Notes: generated by a model from the sequence alone, not told the origin. Shown: positions 37,274-46,512, counted from the first letter of the stretch. The stretch is DNA of 64,000 bases from Erysipelotrichaceae bacterium (GCA_017459795.1 JAFUCG010000127.1:13514-77513), one strand, 5' to 3'. Made by a program: numbers and translations.

Positions 37274-37394
37274 TGATTTTTCATACCTTTCTATGCGGTA
37301 ATATGCGTGTTTTGCTAGGTTTATGCCACCTTCACCGGTTTTGCCCGATGCCTCATTTCAGCATTACCTTCCTCGTATAATTGGCTACTAAAAA

Positions 37395-37802
37395 CTACAG
37401 CCACCATTCCGGCGTTAATTCTCCGAGCGTCACCACTTTTTCATTTTCGTAATCAAGCATGATCTCGACTGCATGGTATTTACCAGGCATTAATTGTGTC
37501 ATAAATTCTCTGCATGCCCCACATGGTGCCTCAGTGGTTCCATCTGGCATGATTGCTAATACGCGCCTGATTTCATTCTCACCATTTGTAATCATATTAA
37601 ACATGGCATTTCGCTCTGCACAAATCCCAAGCGTACAAGATGTATCGATACATACTCCTGTATAAATCCTCCCGCTTGCAGTTTCAATAGCTGCAGCCAC
37701 TCCACCTGCATGTATTCTTTCAGAAATATCTCTTGGGTTTTGTACAGCTTTAGCTGCTTCATATAACCTTTTCCATATTTGTTCCACTTTGCTATCCTCC
37801 AT
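37395..37802 (-). CDS. cdd: Cytidine deaminase-family zinc enzyme
   Basis: CAERNA (CAE) and PCGACREF zinc ligand motifs. The start is uncertain: ATG at 37802 or TTG at 37832. Confidence 0.8.
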   Translation of the reverse strand: MEDSKVEQIWKRLYEAAKAVQNPRDISERIHAGGVAAAIETASGRIYTGVCIDTSCTLGICAERNAMFNMITNGENEIRRVLAIMPDGTTEAPCGACREFMTQLMPGKYHAVEIMLDYENEKVVTLGELTPEWWL

Positions 37803-38097
37803 ATTTTTATAAGTCCATACTGTTTTTATCAAGCAAAAAGCAAATAGGACTTGCCGACGCGTCTTAACCCGTTAATTACTTTTATTAACCCATTACCTCT
37901 TTTGCTGTTTAATAATTCAATATACTCATCTCTTTAAATTATCATAATTTCCTCTTTGAGAATTTTGGACTAATTAGTTCTCTTTTCGCAATTAGAAGAT
38001 GCCTTATTTTAACATATTGGAAAGTAAAAATCCTCTTCATAGCTACGTAAAATCGCGATATATTCTATGTTTATCTTTTACTATGTATATAATTATT

Positions 38098-38106
38098 TGG
38101 TATAAT
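38098..38106 (+). promoter_or_regulatory. Candidate extended -10 promoter element (TGgTATAAT) for the SIS gene
   Basis: TTTGGTATAAT lies about 30 nt upstream of the AAAGGAGA RBS. Confidence 0.45.
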
Positions 38107-38134
38107 GTATATAAATAAAAAGGAGATATAATCA

Positions 38135-39220
38135 ATGACAACTATGTTAGACGTAATCAGACGTGTCCCTCAGACAGTAACCCGCATCTTGGATGAGCAG
38201 GCCAATACTTTTGCTGATCTATGTGCAAAGTTAAAAGAGCAGCCTGACCGCTTCAATGAACTGGTATTCGTAGGTTCAGGTTCAAGTAACACCGCTGCTG
38301 TTGCAGCTGTACGAATTGCTGAACAGGCCAGCCGTCTTCCTGCCCGTACAATGGTACCAAACGACTTCTTAAGAAAGGCAGTCTATAATCCTGACGCCAT
38401 TTACGTATTTGTTTCTCAGTCAGGTAATTCACACCTCACCTGCCTGGCAGCTGCCAAGGCAAAGGAACTTGGTTTATTCACCGTTGCCGTAAGTGAAAAG
38501 CCGGATACACCATTAGCTAAGATGGTTGATGTATATGTTAACCAGCATTGTGAAGATGAAGAATATGGCATGGTAACCGTTGGCTACTGTTCAAGCATGC
38601 TGACACAGATGGTTTTAGGAATGAATGTTGGCTTGGCCACAGGCAAATTAAGCCAGGAAGAATTTGATGCCTATGTAGAAGATGCCAGAAAAGTTCCGGC
38701 CAGCCATAAGGTAGTTACCGACAAGGCTGTAGAATGGTTTGAAGCCAATAAGAATACATTCCTGAATAAGGAAGGCATTACTTTCTATGGTGCAGGCCCA
38801 TTATGGGGTGTTGCCCTGGAAGGTGCATTAAAGACATTTGAAGTTGCCAGAAAGATCATGGCCATCGGCTTTGAATTGGATGACGGTCTGCATGGTCCTG
38901 ACATGGGTTATACTGATAAGCACGTTGTCATCTTCTTAAATGAAGCTGGCAAGGATGAAAAGCTGCTTCAGAACGGTGCCCGTTTTGCCAAGGGCGAAAC
39001 AGGTGGCGGATTCATCTTCGGTAAAAACCCAATCGATGAAACTGACCTGGCATTTGAACCTGCCAGCCAGTGCTTCTATGCTTTGGAATTTGCACCGGCA
39101 GTTGAAACATTAGCCTACTTATTAGCCGTTGAATTTGGAACACCTGTTTATTCGAACGCTGAATGGACTAAGGAAAATGCTCCAAAGAGCAACAAGTACT
39201 TCGCTACTCACGACCAGTAA
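38135..39220 (+). CDS. Double-SIS-domain sugar-phosphate isomerase/deglycase (GlmS-C/AgaS/FrlB-like)
   Basis: VGSGSSNTAA and FVSQSGNS are SIS motifs. A second SIS-like half is present. Confidence 0.75.
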   Translation: MTTMLDVIRRVPQTVTRILDEQANTFADLCAKLKEQPDRFNELVFVGSGSSNTAAVAAVRIAEQASRLPARTMVPNDFLRKAVYNPDAIYVFVSQSGNSHLTCLAAAKAKELGLFTVAVSEKPDTPLAKMVDVYVNQHCEDEEYGMVTVGYCSSMLTQMVLGMNVGLATGKLSQEEFDAYVEDARKVPASHKVVTDKAVEWFEANKNTFLNKEGITFYGAGPLWGVALEGALKTFEVARKIMAIGFELDDGLHGPDMGYTDKHVVIFLNEAGKDEKLLQNGARFAKGETGGGFIFGKNPIDETDLAFEPASQCFYALEFAPAVETLAYLLAVEFGTPVYSNAEWTKENAPKSNKYFATHDQ

Positions 39221-39242
39221 GACATAATCACCAATAAACCGC

Positions 39243-39277
39243 AAACGGATATCTAAATAATATCCGTTTTGTTTTTG
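39243..39277. terminator. Bidirectional terminator
   Basis: AAACGGATAT-ctaaataa-TATCCGTTTT followed by GTTTTTG. The stop codon of the convergent gene lies in the loop. Confidence 0.8.
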
Positions 39278-39990
39278 TTAATGATTATTTTTTCGTATTC
39301 GCCACTTAGGGAATCAATGACTATCATTGCCGGCTCACCAATCTGTCTGCCGTCAGGATATGTGGAGAAGACATCCGTTGATATCATTCCATCCTTTTCA
39401 TATATCTTATCAACCGGTGTATGACCGACAACCTGAATGTATGAATCACTTCTGAAGCCGTTGACCTCATATATCTGAGGTCTTAACCAAAGCGGTGACA
39501 GGTCATTCCAGAGTTGCTCCTCTGATGCACTGTTGACTGCTCTTATGACTTCATCAATGTCTTTTTCTGCCAGTTCATCATCTAAGGACTTTACATATTC
39601 TGCAGAAAGACCGCCATGGGAAAATAACACCTTATCTATTCTGTGAACAAAGCCTATCTGTGAAGGATCTTTCAGACTGTCTTTTAATTCAGCAAGTTTA
39701 TCCATGACTATTTGTTCGGCATATGTTGAATAACCTGTTTCAAGCTTACCCCAGAGATAACTGATGTCATGATTGCCATAACACCACAGTGTTTCTGGAT
39801 TTTTTCTGGTGAAACTTATGGCTCTGTCAAATGTCTGTCTGTAGTTATCCAGTTTAAACTGAGCATCCCAGTCATCGGGAATATCCATCAGACAAACAGC
39901 CATATCTGCCATTCCTGATTTTAAAATATCTTCTGCCCTGTCAAACATCCATGTTTTTAAGTGGACATCAGGAATAACCAGAACTTTCAT
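39253..39990 (-). CDS. Metallophosphoesterase (calcineurin-like, PrpE/ApaH-like)
   Basis: IPDVH, MDIPDD, GNHD, SHGG and VGHTP motifs. Confidence 0.8.
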   Translation of the reverse strand: MKVLVIPDVHLKTWMFDRAEDILKSGMADMAVCLMDIPDDWDAQFKLDNYRQTFDRAISFTRKNPETLWCYGNHDISYLWGKLETGYSTYAEQIVMDKLAELKDSLKDPSQIGFVHRIDKVLFSHGGLSAEYVKSLDDELAEKDIDEVIRAVNSASEEQLWNDLSPLWLRPQIYEVNGFRSDSYIQVVGHTPVDKIYEKDGMISTDVFSTYPDGRQIGEPAMIVIDSLSGEYEKIIINKNKTDII

Positions 39991-40044
39991 ACAAAAACCT
40001 CCAACAGTCTTATTAATACTACATCATAATCGCCGTCTTTTAAA

Positions 40045-40548
40045 CTATTCATTTCCTGTAAAATACTCTTCCAGATAGAGTTGATTTACAGCTGTCATTA
40101 TCACTCTCTTTACTAATGCCTTAACTTCAGTTTCATCAGTGTAATCATTTACCAGTTCATTGGAAAAGATCTTATGAAGATACTCCTCAAACATCTGAGA
40201 GAAATAATCATACCCCTGTTGCGGTGTATAGGTTTCTTCACCCATTCTTATTACCTTACTGACATCTTCCAATGGCAGAACCTTCTTGGCAATGGTAATG
40301 AATATCAGGCAGGCAATCTGTTCCCTGCTGTACTGCTTCTTTATTGGATTGGTAATGATATGATGCTTAACATAATTTGAGATCATTGAATTTGTAATGT
40401 TACAGCCAGGTAGGACACTCAATACCTCATTAAGATATTTGGAGGTCTGATCAAGATACAGTCCTACAGAAGGTATCTCCTTATATGTCGGTAACTGATA
40501 TTCCATGATTTCTGACTTACGCGCTTCATTTATGTATTCCATAAGCAT
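40045..40548 (-). CDS. DUF1836-like protein (putative DNA-binding)
   Basis: The pattern YLDQTSKYLNEVL...SMISNYVKH...YSREQIA is typical of DUF1836/YkrK-like proteins, recalled from memory. Confidence 0.5.
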   Translation of the reverse strand: MLMEYINEARKSEIMEYQLPTYKEIPSVGLYLDQTSKYLNEVLSVLPGCNITNSMISNYVKHHIITNPIKKQYSREQIACLIFITIAKKVLPLEDVSKVIRMGEETYTPQQGYDYFSQMFEEYLHKIFSNELVNDYTDETEVKALVKRVIMTAVNQLYLEEYFTGNE

Positions 40549-40576
40549 TATCTCCTCAACGGTTTTTCAATAACTC

Positions 40577-40605
40577 TTGACAAGTTATAAAACAACTAAT
40601 AGTAT
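40577..40605 (+). promoter_or_regulatory. Candidate sigma-A promoter for the hemolysin-III gene
   Basis: TTGACA, then 17 nt, then TAGTAT. Confidence 0.5.
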
Positions 40606-40682
40606 AGTATTAGAAGTTTTTAAAAAACCTATCATGAGTTTATTATATGTTTTTTAACGTGATCATACAAGGAGGTAAATAA

Positions 40683-41366
40683 ATGAAAGAGCTGACATTA
40701 AGAGAGCTGAACAGACTCGACAATAAGCCTCTGTTCAGTGTCAAGGATCCGATAAGTGCTCTTACTCATTTCATTGGTTTTGTAGGAGCAATATTAGTTA
40801 CACCGTTATTACTTTCACGTGCAGCCATTGATCAGAAGGATACCATTGATCTGCTGGGGTTATGCATATATTCATTAAGCATGATAATTCTCTATGGCGC
40901 CAGCACGTCCTACCACACCTTTTTATTACCAACCAAGCCTGCCAGACTATTGAAGAAATTTGACCACATGAGCATTTTCCTGCTTATTGCCGGCACATAT
41001 ACACCTATATGTCTTAACTTAAATCCAGATATTGGCATACAGATGTTGATTGCGGTATGGACAGTTGGAATACTGGGAATAATCATGAAGGCTTTCTGGG
41101 TATACTGCCCAAAGTATGTTTCTTCCATAGTATACATTTCCATGGGCTGGATAGCCATCTTCAAGATTAAGGAAATCTTCTATTCTCTTGGCAAAACAGG
41201 TTTCTTCTGGCTTATTACCGGTGGCATATTCTATACCATCGGCGGCATCATCTATGCCCGCAAATGGTCTTTATCAAAGGATTGGGGCAATCATGAGATC
41301 TTCCACTTATTTGTCTTACTTGGCTCAATATGCCACTTCATACTCATATTTGCCTTTATAGCATAG
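40683..41366 (+). CDS. Hemolysin-III/PAQR family membrane protein
   Basis: 7-TM protein with SYH and HxxxH-type motifs (TSYHTF, FDHMSIF, HEIFHLF). Confidence 0.85.
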   Translation: MKELTLRELNRLDNKPLFSVKDPISALTHFIGFVGAILVTPLLLSRAAIDQKDTIDLLGLCIYSLSMIILYGASTSYHTFLLPTKPARLLKKFDHMSIFLLIAGTYTPICLNLNPDIGIQMLIAVWTVGILGIIMKAFWVYCPKYVSSIVYISMGWIAIFKIKEIFYSLGKTGFFWLITGGIFYTIGGIIYARKWSLSKDWGNHEIFHLFVLLGSICHFILIFAFIA

Positions 41367-41395
41367 AAAAGAAGTTAACGGTCAGTTAACTTCTT
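41367..41395. terminator. Bidirectional terminator
   Basis: AAGTTAAC-ggtca-GTTAACTT flanked by A/T runs. Confidence 0.8.
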
Positions 41396-41431
41396 TTAAT
41401 ATCTTCAACTAAATACAATCAAAATGCTTGT

Positions 41432-42076
41432 CTACTCAGCTGCGAAATCATAAACACCGGTGATCTCAGCGTTATGTTCCGGATCTTCGTAGATGTCCAT
41501 GATGACATATCTGGCTTCTGTATCCTGGCCAACGTCCTTTGCCTGGCATAATACACAGTAATTAGCACCGGCAACGATTTGGTTTGCCAGATAAGCTATG
41601 GCTGTATATTCAACACCGGTAATGTTTTCAACTGCCTTGTCGAATACTTTCTGCAGTTCTTCTGTAATGGCCTTGTTCTCAGGCTTGCTCCAGCCGCCTA
41701 ATAAGCCGCTTTCAGCTGCCGTGGCATTGCTTGTTAACACCTGAGTCATTTCTACCTTACCCTCAGTGTCTTCATACAGATAAACTAACGCATATCTTGC
41801 TTCTGCATCCGTGCCAATGGTAGAAACCGTGCACAATAACAAGTGGTTTGTACCGCTGACTACCTGACTGGCAACATATGCCACAGGCTTGTAACTTGCC
41901 CCGGTAAGCTCTTCTGTTGCCTTATTCAGAAGTTCCTTCTCCTTATCTGTTATGTTCATGCTCTTTGGTACCTGCCAGCCACCATCCAGCTCTAACAGTC
42001 CCTCATTACTGTTATTACAGGCGATTAGTGAAATTACCATCAGACATGAAAGAATCATTAAAATTACTTTTTTCAT
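41432..42076 (-). CDS. Lipoprotein with two tandem cystatin/stefin-like domains
   Basis: Lipobox LIAC. Two ~90-aa repeats each carry a QxVxG loop (SQVVSGTNH, NQIVAGANY) after a helix, and each ends in an ARY(A/V)...YED strand. Confidence 0.65.
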   Translation of the reverse strand: MKKVILMILSCLMVISLIACNNSNEGLLELDGGWQVPKSMNITDKEKELLNKATEELTGASYKPVAYVASQVVSGTNHLLLCTVSTIGTDAEARYALVYLYEDTEGKVEMTQVLTSNATAAESGLLGGWSKPENKAITEELQKVFDKAVENITGVEYTAIAYLANQIVAGANYCVLCQAKDVGQDTEARYVIMDIYEDPEHNAEITGVYDFAAE

Positions 42077-42127
42077 TTTACCCCTCTTTTCACACTATAA
42101 TTATAGTCTCTTTTCAGGGTCAGTTCA

Positions 42128-44563
42128 TTAATTTAACTTAAAATTAATTTTACCTGCCAGATCATCATTCCAGTCAAACAGCTTAACATAGCCCTCAAGA
42201 CTCTTGGCTTTTGCCCTTAAGCCGGTGGAATGACGGGAAACATAAATGTCTGCCTTACCCTTGCCGTTCTTGGCTTCCTGAATCAGATTGGCGCCAGCCG
42301 AGTTACCGTCAAGAGCGATGACGGTTGATTCTCTTCTTTCAAAGATCTCATAATTGAATGACTTATATAATCCCATTGTGCTTGTTTCCGTCGAAACAAT
42401 TATCTTTACATTGTTCTTAAGATACTTTTCCTTTTCAGCTTCAGTTATCATTGCCGGTACAATGGCATAGATGTCAAACCCTCTGTTATTTGTCAGTAAA
42501 TACCTTTCATAACCGGTTAGCTTATTGCCTATGACAAAGAATACCTTATCCTTGTCCAGAGAATTAAGCAGTCCATCGATCAGCTTTCGGCCCTTTTCAG
42601 TCAGCCTGGTATGATGACGACTGTTATTAAAACTATCGGCAACCAATACAATTGGATGCTTATCCCACGGTAATTCACCAAGCTTATTCTTCAAGACTTC
42701 CCTGGAATCATATTTAACAACGTTGAACCTGCCCAGTTCAGCATCATCATTCACAGTTTCTCTTTCATATATTTCATCAATGCTCATTTCCTCAAGCAGT
42801 TTATTGAAATCATTCTTCTTTCTTTCAAATACCTTAAGGCTGTGCTTAATGATCTCACTTTCGGTTTCCTTCATCTTTAACAGTTCATCATGGCTTAAGT
42901 TCAGAAGCTTTTCCAAAGACAGCTGTTCATCTATGCAATTGGTGCCATAGATGGCAGCGCCGTCAGTACCCTGAACGCACCTGATGCCGGCTTTCAAATA
43001 CTTTCTTAAAGGATGCTCTTGAATACTGTTGAGGTTATTGAGTCTTACATTGGAAGTGATCTGGAATTCCAGAACGACCTTATTATCACGAATGTACTTC
43101 ATTAACTTACGGCCTTTGGCGCTGTTCAGATTAGCAGTATATAAGCCGTGTCCTATTCTTATCTGTGGCATTTTATGGCCCTTTACAAGGGCTTTTTCTA
43201 CACAGCGAATACTGTTTTCCACGTTGTCGGTAAGCCCGTCATTTTCCCCTGCATGAATTCTGATGACGAAACCGTCATTATCATCAGCTATCTTAACAAG
43301 TTCACTTATTAACGGCTGTAATTCATTGATGTCATTTATTTCTTCTCCGACAATGTCACTGCCGGCCACATATGGATCTTTGGCAATCGGCCTTAATACC
43401 CTTAAGTTATTCTGCAGATAGTTGACAGAAGTAACCTGATCTCTTACTAAGGTTAACGGTATTCTTCTGAAGGAAGCCAAGAACCTGATGATGACACCGG
43501 TTTCTGAAGTGATCTGATCCATCACTTCATGAACTTCCTTAAGCATTCTTACGGCTTCCTTTTCCTTTACCAAAGTTGTATCGGATATTTCCACATAGTT
43601 AACGCCCTGATTCTGATAGCTTCTGGCGATCCATAAAAGTTTGTCCTTAAACAGGTCATTATTCTTATATTCTCCCTTTTCATCAGCACTCATCTGATCA
43701 AGATATCTGACAATATCCTCATCTGAAAGCTTATGGTAGTCATTTACCTTAACCTTTCTTTCTGAGACTATTCCCTTAGTAAACACATAGCGATACAGAT
43801 ATACTTTTTCCAGATTGGTAAATACTGCCTGCCCGTCTTTCAAAATAGTCAGGGAAGCTCTGACCTTATTGATGTTGGCAGCTGAATTACTCAGATTATT
43901 CAGAATGAGATCAGCAAAGTTAATGAAGGTATTATCATCTATTTTTCTGGTAAGATACTTGCCGGTCAGTTCAGAATCACAGTATCTTTCAGCTACCTTT
44001 TCCCGCTGTCTTAAGATCCTTTCTTCCTGCTTCTTACTTAAGGTAAGATTCAGTTTCTTAACATAATATAGTGGGTACCTTAGCTGATGCTTTATGGCTA
44101 AGGCTATTAATATGTCACCTGAAAGATTGGCATTCATGTGCGTATGCAGATCGCTTCTGAACTTTACATCATTAAGAATGTAGGTCTTGATTATCGTTCG
44201 GGCAATGTCCAGTTTATAATCTTTTGTCTGGCTCATTAAGGTCTTGGAAATGGCCGGTATAGATGCTTTCATCTCTATCCTGCCACTAGGAAAGATATTG
44301 GCAACCTTGGTATTGCCTAATCTGAAGATGTATATCTTTATGTTTTCAGCGTCGATGTAACAAGGAACCTTACCCTCTATTATCTTTAAGCCGTTATTAT
44401 CAAAGCTAAGATCAAGATCACAAAGCCTGGCTAGGTTAGTAATAAGATTGCCGGTCTTATGGTTAGGCGTTCTTAAAACGTAGAACATCTCATCATTTCT
44501 CAGATAAAGCTCTACAATCATGTCTTTTTCATTATCCAGAAAGAATCTGCCAAAGTATTTCAT
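42128..44563 (-). CDS. 811-aa multidomain protein: unknown N-domain, adenosine/AMP-deaminase-fold domain, C-terminal SLOG-like Rossmann domain
   Basis: The ATG at 44563 follows an AAGGAG RBS. Motifs: DLHTH (aa 138-142), GSDIVGEE (401-408), IHAGE (436-440), GHG (471-473), GTDG (532-535). C-terminal VFFVIGNKLTGYERYLL and VIALDGNSAGANLIQEA. Confidence 0.7.
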   Translation of the reverse strand: MKYFGRFFLDNEKDMIVELYLRNDEMFYVLRTPNHKTGNLITNLARLCDLDLSFDNNGLKIIEGKVPCYIDAENIKIYIFRLGNTKVANIFPSGRIEMKASIPAISKTLMSQTKDYKLDIARTIIKTYILNDVKFRSDLHTHMNANLSGDILIALAIKHQLRYPLYYVKKLNLTLSKKQEERILRQREKVAERYCDSELTGKYLTRKIDDNTFINFADLILNNLSNSAANINKVRASLTILKDGQAVFTNLEKVYLYRYVFTKGIVSERKVKVNDYHKLSDEDIVRYLDQMSADEKGEYKNNDLFKDKLLWIARSYQNQGVNYVEISDTTLVKEKEAVRMLKEVHEVMDQITSETGVIIRFLASFRRIPLTLVRDQVTSVNYLQNNLRVLRPIAKDPYVAGSDIVGEEINDINELQPLISELVKIADDNDGFVIRIHAGENDGLTDNVENSIRCVEKALVKGHKMPQIRIGHGLYTANLNSAKGRKLMKYIRDNKVVLEFQITSNVRLNNLNSIQEHPLRKYLKAGIRCVQGTDGAAIYGTNCIDEQLSLEKLLNLSHDELLKMKETESEIIKHSLKVFERKKNDFNKLLEEMSIDEIYERETVNDDAELGRFNVVKYDSREVLKNKLGELPWDKHPIVLVADSFNNSRHHTRLTEKGRKLIDGLLNSLDKDKVFFVIGNKLTGYERYLLTNNRGFDIYAIVPAMITEAEKEKYLKNNVKIIVSTETSTMGLYKSFNYEIFERRESTVIALDGNSAGANLIQEAKNGKGKADIYVSRHSTGLRAKAKSLEGYVKLFDWNDDLAGKINFKLN

Positions 44564-44611
44564 TATTAACTCCTTTGTGAAATGATACAACAACTTCTCT
44601 TTCTTAACAAG

Positions 44612-44640
44612 CAAAAGAAAATGCCTCGCTAAAGGCATTA
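44612..44640 (-). terminator. Rho-independent terminator after nucleoside hydrolase 2
   Basis: The minus strand reads AATGCCT-ttagcg-AGGCATT followed by TTCTTTT. It overlaps the stop codon. Confidence 0.7.
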
Positions 44641-45579
44641 ACTTATCACTTTTAATACTGTCTCTTCAAAATCCTTAACAAAGCGCTCACCATCGACCTT
44701 TAAGCCATAGTGAATCCTCTTTACCGGATCATTTAACAATTCCTTGTCACCAATCATTCTTCCCCTGGTGATTCCATCCTGTTCAATCATCAGATTAACA
44801 GGGAACCACTCAGTTATGATTTCAGGATCCAAGGCAGCCTCAACTGCCAGTGGGTCATGCATCGCTCCACCGACAACTTCAAATTCATTTGAATAGTAGT
44901 ATGAAGCAGCTTCATATAACTTATCAGCCTTTTCATTATCAAGCTGTTTCCAGCGCATGATGTCATTACCGGTAATGATCGTCTGTAAGGTAACATCCAG
45001 TCCAACAAAGTACAGATCAAGACCGCTGTCAATGACCTTCTGAGCAGCCTCAACATCGTTATAGATGTTTGCTTCGGCATATGGCGTTACATTGCCTTTT
45101 ACCGTCAAAGCACCACCCATGATGACGATTCTCTTACATAAGCCTATCGCTTCCCTGTCAAGTTCAATTGCCTTGGCCAAGTTTGTTAACGGGCCAACAC
45201 ATATCAGTATCAGTTCATCCCTATACTCGCGGCATGCCTCAACCATGAATTGCCAGGCTTTCTTTTCTTCAACATTACGCTTTGAAACAGGTAATTCTAC
45301 ATTACCAATGCCATTATTGCCATGGATCCTGTATAAGTGTTCACGTACCTGCCATTCACTTTTATCACCAGGTCCTTTTGCCCCAGCATATACAGGTACA
45401 TCACTTCTGCCTAAAAGATCCAGTAGATTCAGGCTGTTTCTACTTGCGGTTTCAAGAGTGACATTACCAAAACAGGTCGTTACCCCAATAAGCTCAGCGT
45501 CTTTTCTGCCCAGGGCAAAGGTAATGGCCAAGGCATCATCTATTCCCGTATCTACATCAAGTATGATTTTTGTCTTCAT
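44638..45579 (-). CDS. Inosine/uridine-preferring nucleoside hydrolase family protein
   Basis: N-terminal DVDTGIDDALA (DxDxxxDD) fingerprint. 313 aa. Confidence 0.9.
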   Translation of the reverse strand: MKTKIILDVDTGIDDALAITFALGRKDAELIGVTTCFGNVTLETASRNSLNLLDLLGRSDVPVYAGAKGPGDKSEWQVREHLYRIHGNNGIGNVELPVSKRNVEEKKAWQFMVEACREYRDELILICVGPLTNLAKAIELDREAIGLCKRIVIMGGALTVKGNVTPYAEANIYNDVEAAQKVIDSGLDLYFVGLDVTLQTIITGNDIMRWKQLDNEKADKLYEAASYYYSNEFEVVGGAMHDPLAVEAALDPEIITEWFPVNLMIEQDGITRGRMIGDKELLNDPVKRIHYGLKVDGERFVKDFEETVLKVIS

Positions 45580-45580
45580 G

Positions 45581-46063
45581 CTAGTCTTCCTTTAAATGTA
45601 TCTTCGTGCTTATTAATAAACCTATTACCATTGGAATGGCATCGGCTATGAAGGCTATTACGCTTCTGATGATCTTCGCTTCCAAAGGCAGGTTAAAGAA
45701 TATGACTTCAACCATTGTCTTTATTACCGCAATGCCAATGAATACGGAAATTATCGTAACGATTATCTTTAACCACATCTTATCAGTATTCTTGTAGTAA
45801 TACCCGCAGGCAATGCCGATGAAGATCTGACCGATTATCCAGCCGATTGGAAATGAGCCTCCGGAAAGCACATTGCTTAAAACACAGCCTATTACCCCAA
45901 CGATCGTAGCACTCATGCCAAACAGATTAAGAAACGCACCAAAAGCCACATAGCCAAAGTCGGTCTTTATGTGGTTAATGAGCGGGATTTTAATTGTCAT
46001 CGACAGAACTACATACAGGGCAATGCCCATGGCGTAGTAGGCTATCAGCTTATTACGTTTCAC
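45581..46063 (-). CDS. ECF-transporter S-component-like membrane protein (substrate unknown)
   Basis: About 160 aa with 5-6 TM segments. The GTG at 46063 lies 5 nt after GGAG, and the upstream stop TAA sits inside that RBS. Confidence 0.6.
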   Translation of the reverse strand: MKRNKLIAYYAMGIALYVVLSMTIKIPLINHIKTDFGYVAFGAFLNLFGMSATIVGVIGCVLSNVLSGGSFPIGWIIGQIFIGIACGYYYKNTDKMWLKIIVTIISVFIGIAVIKTMVEVIFFNLPLEAKIIRSVIAFIADAIPMVIGLLISTKIHLKED

Positions 46064-46065
46064 GC

Positions 46066-46437
46066 TTACTCCGGTTTGATCGTTGAACACAACATGTTGA
46101 TCTCGAAAATGTTCATGTTGCTGAAGCCAACAACGTAACCCTGATCATTCTTCTGATCAATGTAGAAGTAAATGTAAGTCGTCTCATCTTTCTGTACCAT
46201 TTTACCAGGCAGATTTGAATTCATGGCCTGATAGTGTTCACTTTCTGCCAGTACTTCTTCGGGAGTCTTATGCAGAATGACAAAAGCCTTGTCAGATCTT
46301 GAACTTCTGAACATTCCCTCATCAACTTCTACCCAATTAGTTGGAACAAGAACAGAAAGAGTAAAAGCTTTCTTCTTAATGTTTTTATAAAGTTGTGATC
46401 CGGCATATGCCAGAATACCTAAACTAAGTAAATTCAT
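46066..46437 (-). CDS. Small N-terminally anchored protein, unknown function
   Basis: The ATG at 46437 follows a GAGG RBS. One TM segment, then a ~100-aa soluble domain. Confidence 0.5.
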   Translation of the reverse strand: MNLLSLGILAYAGSQLYKNIKKKAFTLSVLVPTNWVEVDEGMFRSSRSDKAFVILHKTPEEVLAESEHYQAMNSNLPGKMVQKDETTYIYFYIDQKNDQGYVVGFSNMNIFEINMLCSTIKPE

Positions 46438-46480
46438 TATATACACCTCGCATTAATTATCTCTATTTTACAATTAATGT

Positions 46481-46512
46481 AAAAAAAATAACAGTTGTTT
46501 AAACTGTTATTC
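46481..46512 (-). terminator. Rho-independent terminator after nucleoside hydrolase 1
   Basis: The minus strand reads AATAACAGTT-taaac-AACTGTTATT followed by TTTTTTT. Confidence 0.85.

Noticed and set aside
37274-37394. The 121-nt spacer between cdd and the LMW-PTP gene could form a long-range stem (GGTAATGC ... GCATATTACC) enclosing GC-rich segments. I considered fluoride, guanidine, preQ1 and other small riboswitch classes.
   Set aside because: I could not match it to any riboswitch consensus that I can recall (no crcB-type pseudoknot partner, no ACGR loops). The internal pairing is weak. An Infernal scan against Rfam would settle it.
45065-45595. Long antisense or alternate-frame ORFs: 176 aa here, plus 57686..58084, 63571..63972, 21100..21459, 46778..47194, 30926..31267, 50444..50758 and others.
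   Set aside because: Each lies entirely inside a well-supported gene, either on the opposite strand or in another frame. They have Ser/Pro/Leu-rich or otherwise skewed composition and no motifs. They are typical shadow ORFs.
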